From Candidatus Babeliales bacterium (GTDB lineage Bacteria; Babelota; Babeliae; Babelales; JANWKD01), in NCBI GenBank assembly GCA_963701665.1, contig OY969622.1, forward strand, positions 448,001 to 512,000: a stretch of DNA of 64,000 nucleotides. Reading direction: 5' to 3'. The translations under genes were made by a program, and so were the position numbers. This document shows, piece after piece, positions 51,107-59,912 of the stretch; positions within the stretch are counted from its first letter, which is position 1, and each line of letters starts with the position of its first letter. The notes below the pieces were generated by a model. That model was not told where the DNA came from, did no database searches, and saw only the letters and a program-made list of their open reading frames with translations.

Positions 51107-51301
51107 AAACGAAGACTGCCCGGCAGAGCTTATACCAACGAAGAAGTTATTTTTTTCAAAGCAAATAGCGACGACGGGCTGGCACGGCCAGTTAAATGAC
51201 TTTAAATGTAAGTTAATTTTGATTGGCCAATGCGAAGACTGTCCGGCATAGCTTCACGAACGAAGCGAATGGTAATATTCAAGCAACAGCGGCGACGGAC
51301 T
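51107..51301 (-). repeat. Two ~70-nt related elements upstream of the GIY-YIG gene
   Basis: CGAAGACTG(C/T)CCGGCA(G/T)AGCTT...AAGCAA..AGCG(A/G)CGACGG(G/A)CT at 51110 and 51233; CGAAGACTG is the reverse complement of the tRNA-element start CAGTCTTCG. Confidence 0.75.
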
Positions 51302-51329
51302 AACTCTATTCTAAAAGTAATCAAATTCT

Positions 51330-51571
51330 ATGTATTATGTTTATATTCTCAAATCTATAAATTTTCCAACAAAATATATGTTGGCTATACCCTTAATATT
51401 GAATCAAGGTTAGAAACACACAATAATGGTGGTTCTGTTTATACAAAAGAGCATAAACCTTGGGAGTTAATGTTTTATTGTGGTTTTCAAGATAAATTAA
51501 AAGCGATGAATTTTGAAAAATATTTAAAATCACATTCTGGTAGAATTTTTTTACAAAAAAGATTATTATAA
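51330..51571 (+). CDS. Small stand-alone GIY-YIG nuclease (1-nt frameshift near 51368)
   Basis: ATG at 51330 gives MYYVYILKSINFP; shifted frame gives NKIYVGYTLNIESRLETHNNG..YTKEHKPWEL..AMNFEKYLKSHSGR. Confidence 0.85.
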
Positions 51572-51582
51572 TAATTAATGGA

Positions 51583-51705
51583 CATACTTCGCGTAAAGCT
51601 TCATATGGCAAGCCAGTCTTTTTAATGGATTGATTAAAAAAAGAAAATTAACAGTTTTAATCTGAAATGCGAAGTTTGCTCTTAATAGCCTTGGCGGAGT
51701 AGGAT
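51583..51705. repeat. Degenerate CTTCG hairpins downstream of the GIY-YIG gene (one per strand)
   Basis: CATA-CTTCG-CGTAAAG-CTTCA-TATG-GCAAGCCA on +; CTA-CTCCG-CCAAGG-CTATT...CTTCGCA on -. Confidence 0.55.
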
Positions 51706-51747
51706 AGTTCTTAACCTTAAAATTATATATTTGGAAGAATAAAGTTT

Positions 51748-52203
51748 ATGAAAAAATATTTTCTTGTAGTGTTTTTTGCAATAATCCAACTGAATGCGAT
51801 GGAAGTCACTGAGGATCAGAATGTTGATTCCTTTTTGCCACAAAATGAGCAGGATTTCGAAGAAAAAGAAAGAGCGCTTGCAGCGAGACAAAAAGCACTC
51901 AAAGAATTCTATTTAAGCGAAAAAGAAAAAATTGACCTAGAGCGACAAGTTACTAAAACAGTATTTGAAACAAGACGACGACAAGAAGATGATCGGTATC
52001 TTCGGGACAAGCAAAAGATTGATGAGCAAATTAAAGCCGTTAAAAAAGAAGCAGACGAAGCATTCAATGAAGTTATTGTAATGACTATGCATATGCATCA
52101 TAACATCTTAAGGGCGAGACAAGTACCATTTCACCTCAGAAAAAAATTAGTGGTTGAACGTATCTTAGATAATATTGTCGAGTATCATTGCAAAGATTTG
52201 TAA
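51748..52203 (+). CDS. Hypothetical secreted coiled-coil protein
   Basis: Signal peptide LNA|MEVT; charged helix. Confidence 0.65.
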   Translation: MKKYFLVVFFAIIQLNAMEVTEDQNVDSFLPQNEQDFEEKERALAARQKALKEFYLSEKEKIDLERQVTKTVFETRRRQEDDRYLRDKQKIDEQIKAVKKEADEAFNEVIVMTMHMHHNILRARQVPFHLRKKLVVERILDNIVEYHCKDL

Positions 52204-52280
52204 ATAGTATTTTGCAAATTAAAAATAAATAATTTTAGAACACAAATTCTATATAGTCATTTTTTTTAAGATTTATACTT

Positions 52281-52856
52281 ATGAAAAACATTCTTCTTCC
52301 AATATTTTTAATTTTTACTTCTTCTAATGCTTTTTTTATAGAAGCTAGTTTCTTGCAATCCATAGAAAATTATAAAAACGCATATAATGAACTCGAAAAA
52401 CATATGGATCAAATAAGTCCTGGCTTTATTTGGCATATATGTAAAACCAAAGCATCATATGATAGCTTAACGGTATATAAAGAGGCCCAAGGGGATTTTC
52501 GCAATGCTATTCTTATAAATGCTTTAGGAGATGGTTTTATTTTGGGTGGTTTAGCAGCATGTTGTAATAGAATATTAAATGGCAAAATACTGAATAAAAA
52601 AATAATTTTATCCACCATTGTATGTATCATCGGCATGGCTTATTATAAAAACTATAAAATTGGTGAAATTCCATATTTTGATAACGATTTAAAAAGACAT
52701 GCGAATGAAGAAATTTTCTCGATTAATCTTGCACTACCGTTGTTTTCTTCTTTTGTAGGATATCTCGGAATGGAATATACTTTAATAAAAATTGCAGATA
52801 TTTTGAAAAGTTCAAGCTTGTCCAAAAAACAAGATGAAAATGCCGTTTTATCTTGA
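52281..52856 (+). CDS. Hypothetical membrane protein
   Basis: Signal-like N-terminus, hydrophobic segments. Confidence 0.6.
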   Translation: MKNILLPIFLIFTSSNAFFIEASFLQSIENYKNAYNELEKHMDQISPGFIWHICKTKASYDSLTVYKEAQGDFRNAILINALGDGFILGGLAACCNRILNGKILNKKIILSTIVCIIGMAYYKNYKIGEIPYFDNDLKRHANEEIFSINLALPLFSSFVGYLGMEYTLIKIADILKSSSLSKKQDENAVLS

Positions 52857-52915
52857 AAAATTTTTATGTTCTATGTTTATTTACTCAAATTACTGATTAA
52901 ATAGGATTCACTCAT

Positions 52916-53443
52916 ATGATTAGGCAAAAAACATTTGCAATATTTCTAGGTATTTTATTTTTTAATACAAGTATCTTGGGCAATTTTTTTTCAGATTTTT
53001 ATAATTTTATGTTTTATGAAGGTATAGCTCTTAAACAAGATACTGAACCTAAGGAATGGAGTACTTTTAGAAGAGAAAAAAATTATAAACATCTGTGGGC
53101 GGCTTTTGACAATTTGATTTCTGCGAGAAAAGAGGAATTTAATAGGAAATATTTGAAAAATGAAAAGATTAAACGTATTGGTAAAAAGGTTAGGTTAATT
53201 AAAGCACCAACTAAGATATATCAAACGTTTAAAATATTGGAATATCGCTTGCCTCTCTATAAAAAGAGACAAAACATAAATGCAGAATTTATGCCTGACA
53301 AAGAGCATGGCGAAAATGAAAAATATAGTTTAGTATTCAAAGATTATACAACATCACATCATCTAATGGTAGGCGATGCTCTAATAATAGGCGCCGTAGC
53401 AGCAGCAGGATATTTTGCGTATAACGAGTTATTCAAACAATAA
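52916..53443 (+). CDS. Hypothetical protein with signal peptide and C-terminal TM
   Basis: ORF with RBS-like AGGA; C-terminal ALIIGAVAAAGYFAY. Confidence 0.6.
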   Translation: MIRQKTFAIFLGILFFNTSILGNFFSDFYNFMFYEGIALKQDTEPKEWSTFRREKNYKHLWAAFDNLISARKEEFNRKYLKNEKIKRIGKKVRLIKAPTKIYQTFKILEYRLPLYKKRQNINAEFMPDKEHGENEKYSLVFKDYTTSHHLMVGDALIIGAVAAAGYFAYNELFKQ

Positions 53444-53485
53444 ATATTAGTAATGCTTTCTAGCCAAATAAGGAGAGGCTCAAGA

Positions 53486-54133
53486 ATGAAATTCAATAAT
53501 CGTGATACTGCTGTTGTTATAATCGATCCACAAAATGATTTTCTAAGCGAGAAGGGCACGAGTTGGGGCTTGGTTGGTGCCAGCGTCATCCAGAACGGTA
53601 TTATCGGGAACTTAGAGCGGCTTTTCAAGTCTGCGAAAGCGAATGACTATGAGGTGCTCATCTCACCCCATTATTTCTATCGCACCGATAATGGCTGGAA
53701 GATCAATGGCCCGCTCGAAGCTGTAGAGTTGTCAACGCATACCTTCGCGCGGATCGGTCCACTGGATTTGACGGGGTTTACGAATTCAGGCGCTGACTGG
53801 CTAGACCGTTTTAAGCCGTACATCCAAGATGGCAAGACGATTGTTGTTAGCCCACATAAAGTGTTTGGCCCACAGACCAATGATCTAGTTCTGCAGCTAC
53901 GCAAGAGAGGGATTGGGAAGATCATTCTAGGCGGGATGTTGGCGAATATGTGCGTCGAGTCTCATCTGCGTGAGTTCCTTGAGCAAGGTTTTGAAATTGC
54001 CGTTGTAAAGGATGCGATCGCTGGGCCTATCCATCCGGAATGGGGCGATGGCTACAAGGCGGCGCTGATCAACTATCGATACCTGGCGCACGCGGTACTA
54101 TCGACCGAAGAGGCAGTCGCGCGCATGGCATAA
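53486..54133 (+). CDS. Isochorismatase-family cysteine hydrolase
   Basis: TAVVIIDPQNDFL, HKVFGP, GMLANMCVESHLR, VVKDA; AGGAG RBS before ATG 53486. Confidence 0.9.
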   Translation: MKFNNRDTAVVIIDPQNDFLSEKGTSWGLVGASVIQNGIIGNLERLFKSAKANDYEVLISPHYFYRTDNGWKINGPLEAVELSTHTFARIGPLDLTGFTNSGADWLDRFKPYIQDGKTIVVSPHKVFGPQTNDLVLQLRKRGIGKIILGGMLANMCVESHLREFLEQGFEIAVVKDAIAGPIHPEWGDGYKAALINYRYLAHAVLSTEEAVARMA

Positions 54134-54333
54134 TCTCCCTGTTGGCCACAATCTTACTATCATAGATCGTTCTCTTTTTTTATAGTATTCTATTAAAGAT
54201 TACAATTTTCACTCATAAAACGCAGGTGCGTTATGAAAAGTTTCTGTTCTTTCTATCTAAATTATCAGGGTAATGCTGTTTAGCATTATCTTTGATGCCT
54301 TTTAACTCAATTATATAACCTTAGGGCAACATA

Positions 54334-55215
54334 GTGCCCAAAATTCCTAAAGGAATGCGCATGTTGCAGAACAAACGCATCATAGTATCTTTATATCTCT
54401 GCACCACTTTATTATTAAACGAGTGTGCAGAAAACAATGAAACTCATAGTGAAAGAACACTAACAATGAATGAAAATCAGAACGAAAACTCATCTCCATG
54501 GCTAACTGAATGTAGAAATTTAGTACCCTCAAAGGGAACTTTCTTAGTGCAGGATGATAATGGAAACGCCATCGAATTAGAATGGGAAAAAATTGATGGC
54601 AAATCATCCCGGCTTAATGAAAAAATAAAATCTTTGTGCTCTATTCTTGCAGAAATTTATACTGACGGAGAAATTAGATTTGCACGTACATTCCCAGATT
54701 TAGTACCACAAGAATATTTCTTGAAGACTTTAACACCATTTTTTGAAAATGGCGCTGAAAAAGTCGATTGGCAACATGCGGAAAAACAACTTAATGCATT
54801 TTTTGAGCGGTTTTTTACGACTACAGATTTCACACAATTTTCTGGCAACAATGATATGTATATCTTTGTGGTTGCAAAAGACAAAAATACTCAAAAAAAT
54901 CTCGGGCTTATTCAATATATGATTACATCAGATTATGCTGAAGGTGAAATTAGAGTTGCTTATTTTGGTGTTTTACACGAAGCACAAAATCGTGCTATCG
55001 AGAAATTATTGATGTGTACAATTTTTAAACTTATTCCAAAGGTAAAGCGTATTTTTATGCATACTCGCTGTACCAATGAAGCTGCAATTAACTTATATCG
55101 TTCATGGGGATTTACTAAATTTCCCGGCGAACTGGTGCATTGGACTGATTTGGAGTATTTTTTTAATAGGTCGGATACCTTACAAAGAGCTTCTGAGCAT
55201 ATAAGAAGCAACTAA
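54334..55215 (+). CDS. GNAT family N-acetyltransferase
   Basis: V..EAQNRAIEKLL, TNEAAINLYRSWGF C-terminal GNAT motifs; start uncertain. Confidence 0.75.
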   Translation: MPKIPKGMRMLQNKRIIVSLYLCTTLLLNECAENNETHSERTLTMNENQNENSSPWLTECRNLVPSKGTFLVQDDNGNAIELEWEKIDGKSSRLNEKIKSLCSILAEIYTDGEIRFARTFPDLVPQEYFLKTLTPFFENGAEKVDWQHAEKQLNAFFERFFTTTDFTQFSGNNDMYIFVVAKDKNTQKNLGLIQYMITSDYAEGEIRVAYFGVLHEAQNRAIEKLLMCTIFKLIPKVKRIFMHTRCTNEAAINLYRSWGFTKFPGELVHWTDLEYFFNRSDTLQRASEHIRSN

Positions 55216-55225
55216 CGATAAAAGA

Positions 55226-55262
55226 AAGAGAAGAACTGCATGTATGCAGTTCTTCTCTTTAA
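55226..55262. terminator. Intrinsic terminator hairpin
   Basis: AAAGAGAAGAACTGCAT-GT-ATGCAGTTCTTCTCTTT. Confidence 0.7.
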
Positions 55263-56129
55263 ATGTTTTTTATAAGAAAGGTTATTATGTTTTTTATATT
55301 AATTTTGTTAATTTTGAATATTATAGCACCATTATGCGCTGATAATAATTTTTCTGTGCTGTCTGAACACAATCCATTTTCATATGATTTGGGTATTAAG
55401 ATTATTCCAAGTGAAAATATGGCTCATAATCAGGTAACCATTTGTTGCCATGGGTATGGGCATAATAATAAAATTGTTGATAATGTTCATTCATATAAGA
55501 GTATCTCCGGAACTTTAATTGGGTTCAATTTTCCTGATTATAATATTACCCTCGACAGTGATCATCATAAGGCGGCATACGGTAGTATTGATGAGATTCT
55601 GCCACTTTTATACATCTTAAAATGCTGCATTATTGATTTGAATGTTCCGACAATAAATTTGTATGGATTTTCCGCAGGAGGTGGAGCTATTATTAACGCT
55701 CTCGCAACGCTCAATCAAACATATCATGATGAATCATTAGAGAAAATCAGTATTTTTAAAGAAACCAAAAAACAACTGCTCGATGTATTGGAAAAAGGGT
55801 TAATTATTCTTGATTGTCCGCTGAAGTCAATTGAAGAGATAATTGCGCTGCGTGGTAAAATCAGGGAGCTTGAAATCTTATCTGATCACTACACAAAAAA
55901 TAACATGAACCCTATTGATGTATTGAATTTATTGGTTGGATTGAACCTCAACATATTGCTTCATTTTCAAAATTCAGATGAAATTCTGGGAAATCGGGAT
56001 GATATGTTATTTGTTGAGCGTCTTAAACAAGCTAATAAAGGAACAACTACCGTGCTATTGGGCTTTGATGGCGGTCATAACACCTATCATGCATCCTTAT
56101 GGAATGCATACAAAGAAATTTTGCCATAG
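55263..56129 (+). CDS. Secreted alpha/beta hydrolase-fold protein
   Basis: CHGYG oxyanion motif, GFSAGG nucleophile elbow, C-terminal GGH. Confidence 0.75.
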   Translation: MFFIRKVIMFFILILLILNIIAPLCADNNFSVLSEHNPFSYDLGIKIIPSENMAHNQVTICCHGYGHNNKIVDNVHSYKSISGTLIGFNFPDYNITLDSDHHKAAYGSIDEILPLLYILKCCIIDLNVPTINLYGFSAGGGAIINALATLNQTYHDESLEKISIFKETKKQLLDVLEKGLIILDCPLKSIEEIIALRGKIRELEILSDHYTKNNMNPIDVLNLLVGLNLNILLHFQNSDEILGNRDDMLFVERLKQANKGTTTVLLGFDGGHNTYHASLWNAYKEILP

Positions 56130-56230
56130 CATCCAATATGGAGGTTGAAACTTCAGATGCTTGCATGGCAGGCTGATTCTGGCTGTTATGAATCCCATAA
56201 AGGTCTTATTTATTTTCTAATAGTCATGTT

Positions 56231-56259
56231 TTGACATTTTACCTAATCTATAATACGAT
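56231..56259 (+). promoter_or_regulatory. Putative sigma70 promoter
   Basis: TTGACA-17nt-TACGAT upstream of ORF 56319. Confidence 0.5.
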
Positions 56260-56318
56260 TTATTCCATGTATTATTTATTCATTCTTGTTCAATGTATAT
56301 TTTTAAAATAGAGTTCAA

Positions 56319-57218
56319 ATGACTTCTTTAACGTGTAGTTCTAAACAAATAGAGCGAATAAGAGCAGTATGGCTCATTTCTTTTTTTGCTACCATAGTGT
56401 GGGGTTTATTTTATTCTTGTCTCAAAGTACATTCGCATTCTAATATAATGCTAGATGGGAAGCCCGCTCCACTTATAATTGATGTTATAGCTGTAATATT
56501 GGTACATCTATTATTTTATATACCATTCTATTATTTTGCTTATAAGAAACGAGGCACTCGTTTTCTAGGGGTGGTGATAATAATCACATTGCTTACCATA
56601 GCGTGTGACATTGGCAGTTTTTTTAAAGTTCCAATACCACATCTTCCAGAGATAAATAATTGGACCTTATTGGATATACTGTTTTTATTATATTTTTTTA
56701 TCACTTCGTATCAGTTGTATCGAGCCAATAAAGAATATCATTTGAAAGCTTTGATTTGCGGAATGTTTCCTAGCATGAATGATTGCAATAGTAATACTGA
56801 AAATCCAATGGATACTTTAACGCAGGAACAATCAGAGCGAATAAGAAAAAGATGGCTTATTTCTTTTATAGTTCTTTGTGTGGTCAGTATTCTTGAGTTT
56901 TCTATTACGTTAATAACATTGGGCTGGCATTGGGTTGTTTTAGGATTACCATTAATTAAAATAGGTTCACCTTTATTTCTTTTATTTTTTGGTGCGCCTC
57001 TCTATTATTTTGCATATAAAAAACGAGGAGTATATTTTATAGGATTTGCAATAATAAAGATATTATTTGATATTATAAGAAAAATCTGGCATTTAAGCCC
57101 TTTTGAAACATATTCGCATTTGTACTTATTATTGAACATAGGGATACCAATATACTTTTTAATTACCTGTTATCAACTTTATTTATCAAATAAAGAATAC
57201 AAAAATATTGAAATTTAA
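56319..57218 (+). CDS. Membrane protein made of two tandem homologous halves
   Basis: ERIR..WLISF / YYFAYKKRG / YF.IT.YQLY..NKEY each occur twice. Confidence 0.75.
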   Translation: MTSLTCSSKQIERIRAVWLISFFATIVWGLFYSCLKVHSHSNIMLDGKPAPLIIDVIAVILVHLLFYIPFYYFAYKKRGTRFLGVVIIITLLTIACDIGSFFKVPIPHLPEINNWTLLDILFLLYFFITSYQLYRANKEYHLKALICGMFPSMNDCNSNTENPMDTLTQEQSERIRKRWLISFIVLCVVSILEFSITLITLGWHWVVLGLPLIKIGSPLFLLFFGAPLYYFAYKKRGVYFIGFAIIKILFDIIRKIWHLSPFETYSHLYLLLNIGIPIYFLITCYQLYLSNKEYKNIEI

Positions 57219-57359
57219 TACGAAGATAAATTTTTTCGTTATCCTAATGAGCAATTATGCACATTCATGGTGTCACTGTTCGCGTGGCAATAGTTTCTTA
57301 ATCTTAAAAATTTAAAGATTATCCAAGTACAGCAATTCTTTATCAAATAATGAATAATA

Positions 57360-57392
57360 AATAGTCCCCTGGAGAAATCCGGGGGGACTATT
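57360..57392. terminator. Hairpin/terminator
   Basis: AATAGTCCCC-TGGAGAAATCCGG-GGGGACTATT inverted repeat. Confidence 0.55.
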
Positions 57393-57419
57393 CGTTTTAA
57401 TAGTATTTATAATAGAACT

Positions 57420-57505
57420 GCCCTTTTCAAAGCAAAATAGACTCTAAATGATGAAAAATATTTAAAATCACATTGTGGCGGGAATATTCTTGCAAAAGAG
57501 AAACA
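57420..57505 (+). pseudogene. Degraded GIY-YIG 3' remnant
   Basis: 57452-57474 is identical over 23 nt to 51514-51536 (EKYLKSH); IFLQKR follows after a 1-nt shift. Confidence 0.7.
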
Positions 57506-57559
57506 ACAAATACATTACTAGTCATAAGATGAATTTATAAATATGAGAGTAGATGAAGT

Positions 57560-58915
57560 ATGAAGATAACTTTTTTGGGCGCTGTAGAAGAAGTAACGGG
57601 GTCAAAATATCTTGTCGAAGCTAATGATGTAAAAATCTTAGTTGATTGCGGGCTTTTTCAAGGGGAGAAGCAGATTACGCAGCATAATTGGGATCCATTT
57701 CCCATAGCGGCTGAGAGCATTGATGCACTTGTATTAACGCACGCTCATATTGATCACACTGGTTATATACCTTTATTAATTAAAAATGGTTTTAAGGGCA
57801 ACATATATTGTTCAAAAGCTACCCGTGAGTTGAGTGCTATCTTATTGCTTGATTGTGGATCTTTAATGGAAGAGGAAGTAAAACATAGAAATAAGAGACG
57901 AAAGCCACAGGATCCTGCCGCGGTGCCTTTATATACGAAACTTGATGCTGAGAATTCATTAAAATTTTTTCATGATGTTGATTATGATACTATGTTGAGT
58001 ATCAAATCTTTAAAAGTTACGCTGATTCGATCGGGCCATATTCTTGGCTCTTCATTTGTTATCGTATCAGATGGCGCGCAAACATTATCCTTTTCAGGTG
58101 ATCTTGGCCGTCCTGAACAATATATCCAGAAATCTCCACCACATTTGAAAAAAACCGATTTTTTAGTTCTTGAATCTACCTATGGCGATAGGCTGCATGA
58201 AAAAGGTGATCCTATAAAAGCTTTGGGGCAAATAGTAAATGAAGCAGTGAAAAAAGGAGGAGTTCTTTTGATACCTTCTTTTGTTGTAGAGCGGACACAA
58301 ACAATGCTTTATTGTCTTTATCAATTAAAACAAAAACAAGCTATTCCCGATATTCCAATTTTTTTAGATAGCCCGATGGGTATAGGTGTTACTGATTTGT
58401 ATTGTAAGTTTAGTGAAGAACTTAAATTGTCAGCATCGTTGTGTAAGCAAATATTTTCTATCGCTACCTACATACGCACGGTGGAAGAATCGAAGCGGCT
58501 TGATCAGCTATCATCTCCTGCCATAATTATCGCAGGCAGTGGTATGGCAGAAGGGGGACGCGTGATGTATCATTTACAACAATTGATTTCTGATCCTAAA
58601 AATACGGTAGCTTTTGTGGGCTATCAAGCACAAGGGACCCATGGACGACTTTTAGTCGATGGTGCAAAAGAAATAAGAATATATGGCATGTCATGTACCG
58701 TTCGTGCAGCAATAAAAATGATAGATGGACTTTCTGCCCATGCTGATTATAAAGAAATTATTGAGTGGCTCAGCTATTTTGAAAAGCCTCCTAAAAAAGT
58801 ATTCCTTACTCATGGGCAACTAGAATCTGCTCAGTCGTTAAAAAATAAAATAGAGGAACGTTTTGGTTGGGTTGTAGTAATCCCAAAGTATTTAGAATCG
58901 TTTAATTTAGATTAA
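57560..58915 (+). CDS. MBL-fold beta-CASP ribonuclease
   Basis: LVDCGLFQG, THAHIDHTG, GHILGS, SGDLG, ESTYGDR, LSAHAD, LTHG. Confidence 0.92.
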   Translation: MKITFLGAVEEVTGSKYLVEANDVKILVDCGLFQGEKQITQHNWDPFPIAAESIDALVLTHAHIDHTGYIPLLIKNGFKGNIYCSKATRELSAILLLDCGSLMEEEVKHRNKRRKPQDPAAVPLYTKLDAENSLKFFHDVDYDTMLSIKSLKVTLIRSGHILGSSFVIVSDGAQTLSFSGDLGRPEQYIQKSPPHLKKTDFLVLESTYGDRLHEKGDPIKALGQIVNEAVKKGGVLLIPSFVVERTQTMLYCLYQLKQKQAIPDIPIFLDSPMGIGVTDLYCKFSEELKLSASLCKQIFSIATYIRTVEESKRLDQLSSPAIIIAGSGMAEGGRVMYHLQQLISDPKNTVAFVGYQAQGTHGRLLVDGAKEIRIYGMSCTVRAAIKMIDGLSAHADYKEIIEWLSYFEKPPKKVFLTHGQLESAQSLKNKIEERFGWVVVIPKYLESFNLD

Positions 58916-59312
58916 ATTTTTTTTAATACAAATCTTAAAACGTTCGGATGCTTAAAATATGCTTCTCTATACGTAAAGATGCTCATTTTTTGTATTAATA
59001 ACCGCTTATAAAAAATAAAAAATATTTTCATTTCTTATAATTTTTTTTAAATCGAAAAAATCCTTTAGAATACGCACTAGTTGGTTATTTTCGAGCAATT
59101 GGGCGATGGTTTCTTGTTGTTTTTTCTAATGCTAATGCTATAATACATTCAACATTAAAGGATTCTGTTAGTAATGAGCGGAAAAGCAGTGTTGTTCAAC
59201 TAAAGTTCATACTACAAAAAGCCAAGGAGTCCTTTCATGAACATCCAATAATTTTACCTACATCATTTCGTATCTACATTTCTTATAATAGTATTTATTC
59301 AGAGGATGTATT

Positions 59313-59783
59313 ATGAATAAGGTATTATTATATTCATCGTTTCTGTTTTTTTTAGCAAAAGCAACGGAGATTACTAAAAAAGAAAGTCTCTCTGCTTCTC
59401 AAAAACTTGATAATGAATATTTCAAAATTCATGATTATGATGTGAATCATGTTTTACATGCAATAAGCCATGATACTACCATTAAAAACTTTGAAACTTA
59501 TGAAGGAATAAAAACACCTCAAATATCTCATGACGACTGCACGTTATCAGCTGAAGCTCACGCCAATAAAAACACCATGAAAAAAACAGCAGTTAGTTTC
59601 TGGCTCAGTAAACTTGCGGTTCATGTTATTGCACAAATTGTATATGCATTAGTCGCAGGAGCTACCTCACTTGTATATCCTCCAGCAGCACCTGTCGTCT
59701 ATTGTTCGTTACAGTTAACCTTTGCTGCCCTCGTAGAATTTGCAAGTAATATGATCGCCTACGGCACACTGGTTGCATTTTAA
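59313..59783 (+). CDS. Hypothetical protein
   Basis: GAGG RBS, signal-like N-terminus, hydrophobic C-terminus. Confidence 0.55.
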   Translation: MNKVLLYSSFLFFLAKATEITKKESLSASQKLDNEYFKIHDYDVNHVLHAISHDTTIKNFETYEGIKTPQISHDDCTLSAEAHANKNTMKKTAVSFWLSKLAVHVIAQIVYALVAGATSLVYPPAAPVVYCSLQLTFAALVEFASNMIAYGTLVAF

Positions 59784-59810
59784 TACAATAGCGTTGTATT
59801 ACTAGCTGAG

Positions 59811-59856
59811 AAGCTACTCTCTTTATAAAAGATTTTTATAAAGAGAGTAGCTTTTT
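59811..59856. terminator. Long perfect hairpin (20-bp stem)
   Basis: AAGCTACTCTCTTTATAAAA-GAT-TTTTATAAAGAGAGTAGCTT then T-run. Confidence 0.7.
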
Positions 59857-59912
59857 AATTGCATTATTGTTGCTATCATAAAATTTTGAACAATAACTTC
59901 ACAGGGAGCAAA

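Noticed and set aside
50586..51301. CRISPR array
   Set aside because: Repeats are 52-84 nt, irregularly spaced and separated by tRNA genes; no cas genes in the window.
51230..51329. N-terminal extension of the GIY-YIG ORF given in the track (MRRLSGIAS...)
   Set aside because: It is a translation of the upstream repeat; the family-typical start MYYVYIL is at 51330 in another frame.
56231..56254. Perfect TTGACA + TATAAT promoter
   Set aside because: The spacer is only 12 nt; TACGAT at 17 nt is the more plausible -10.
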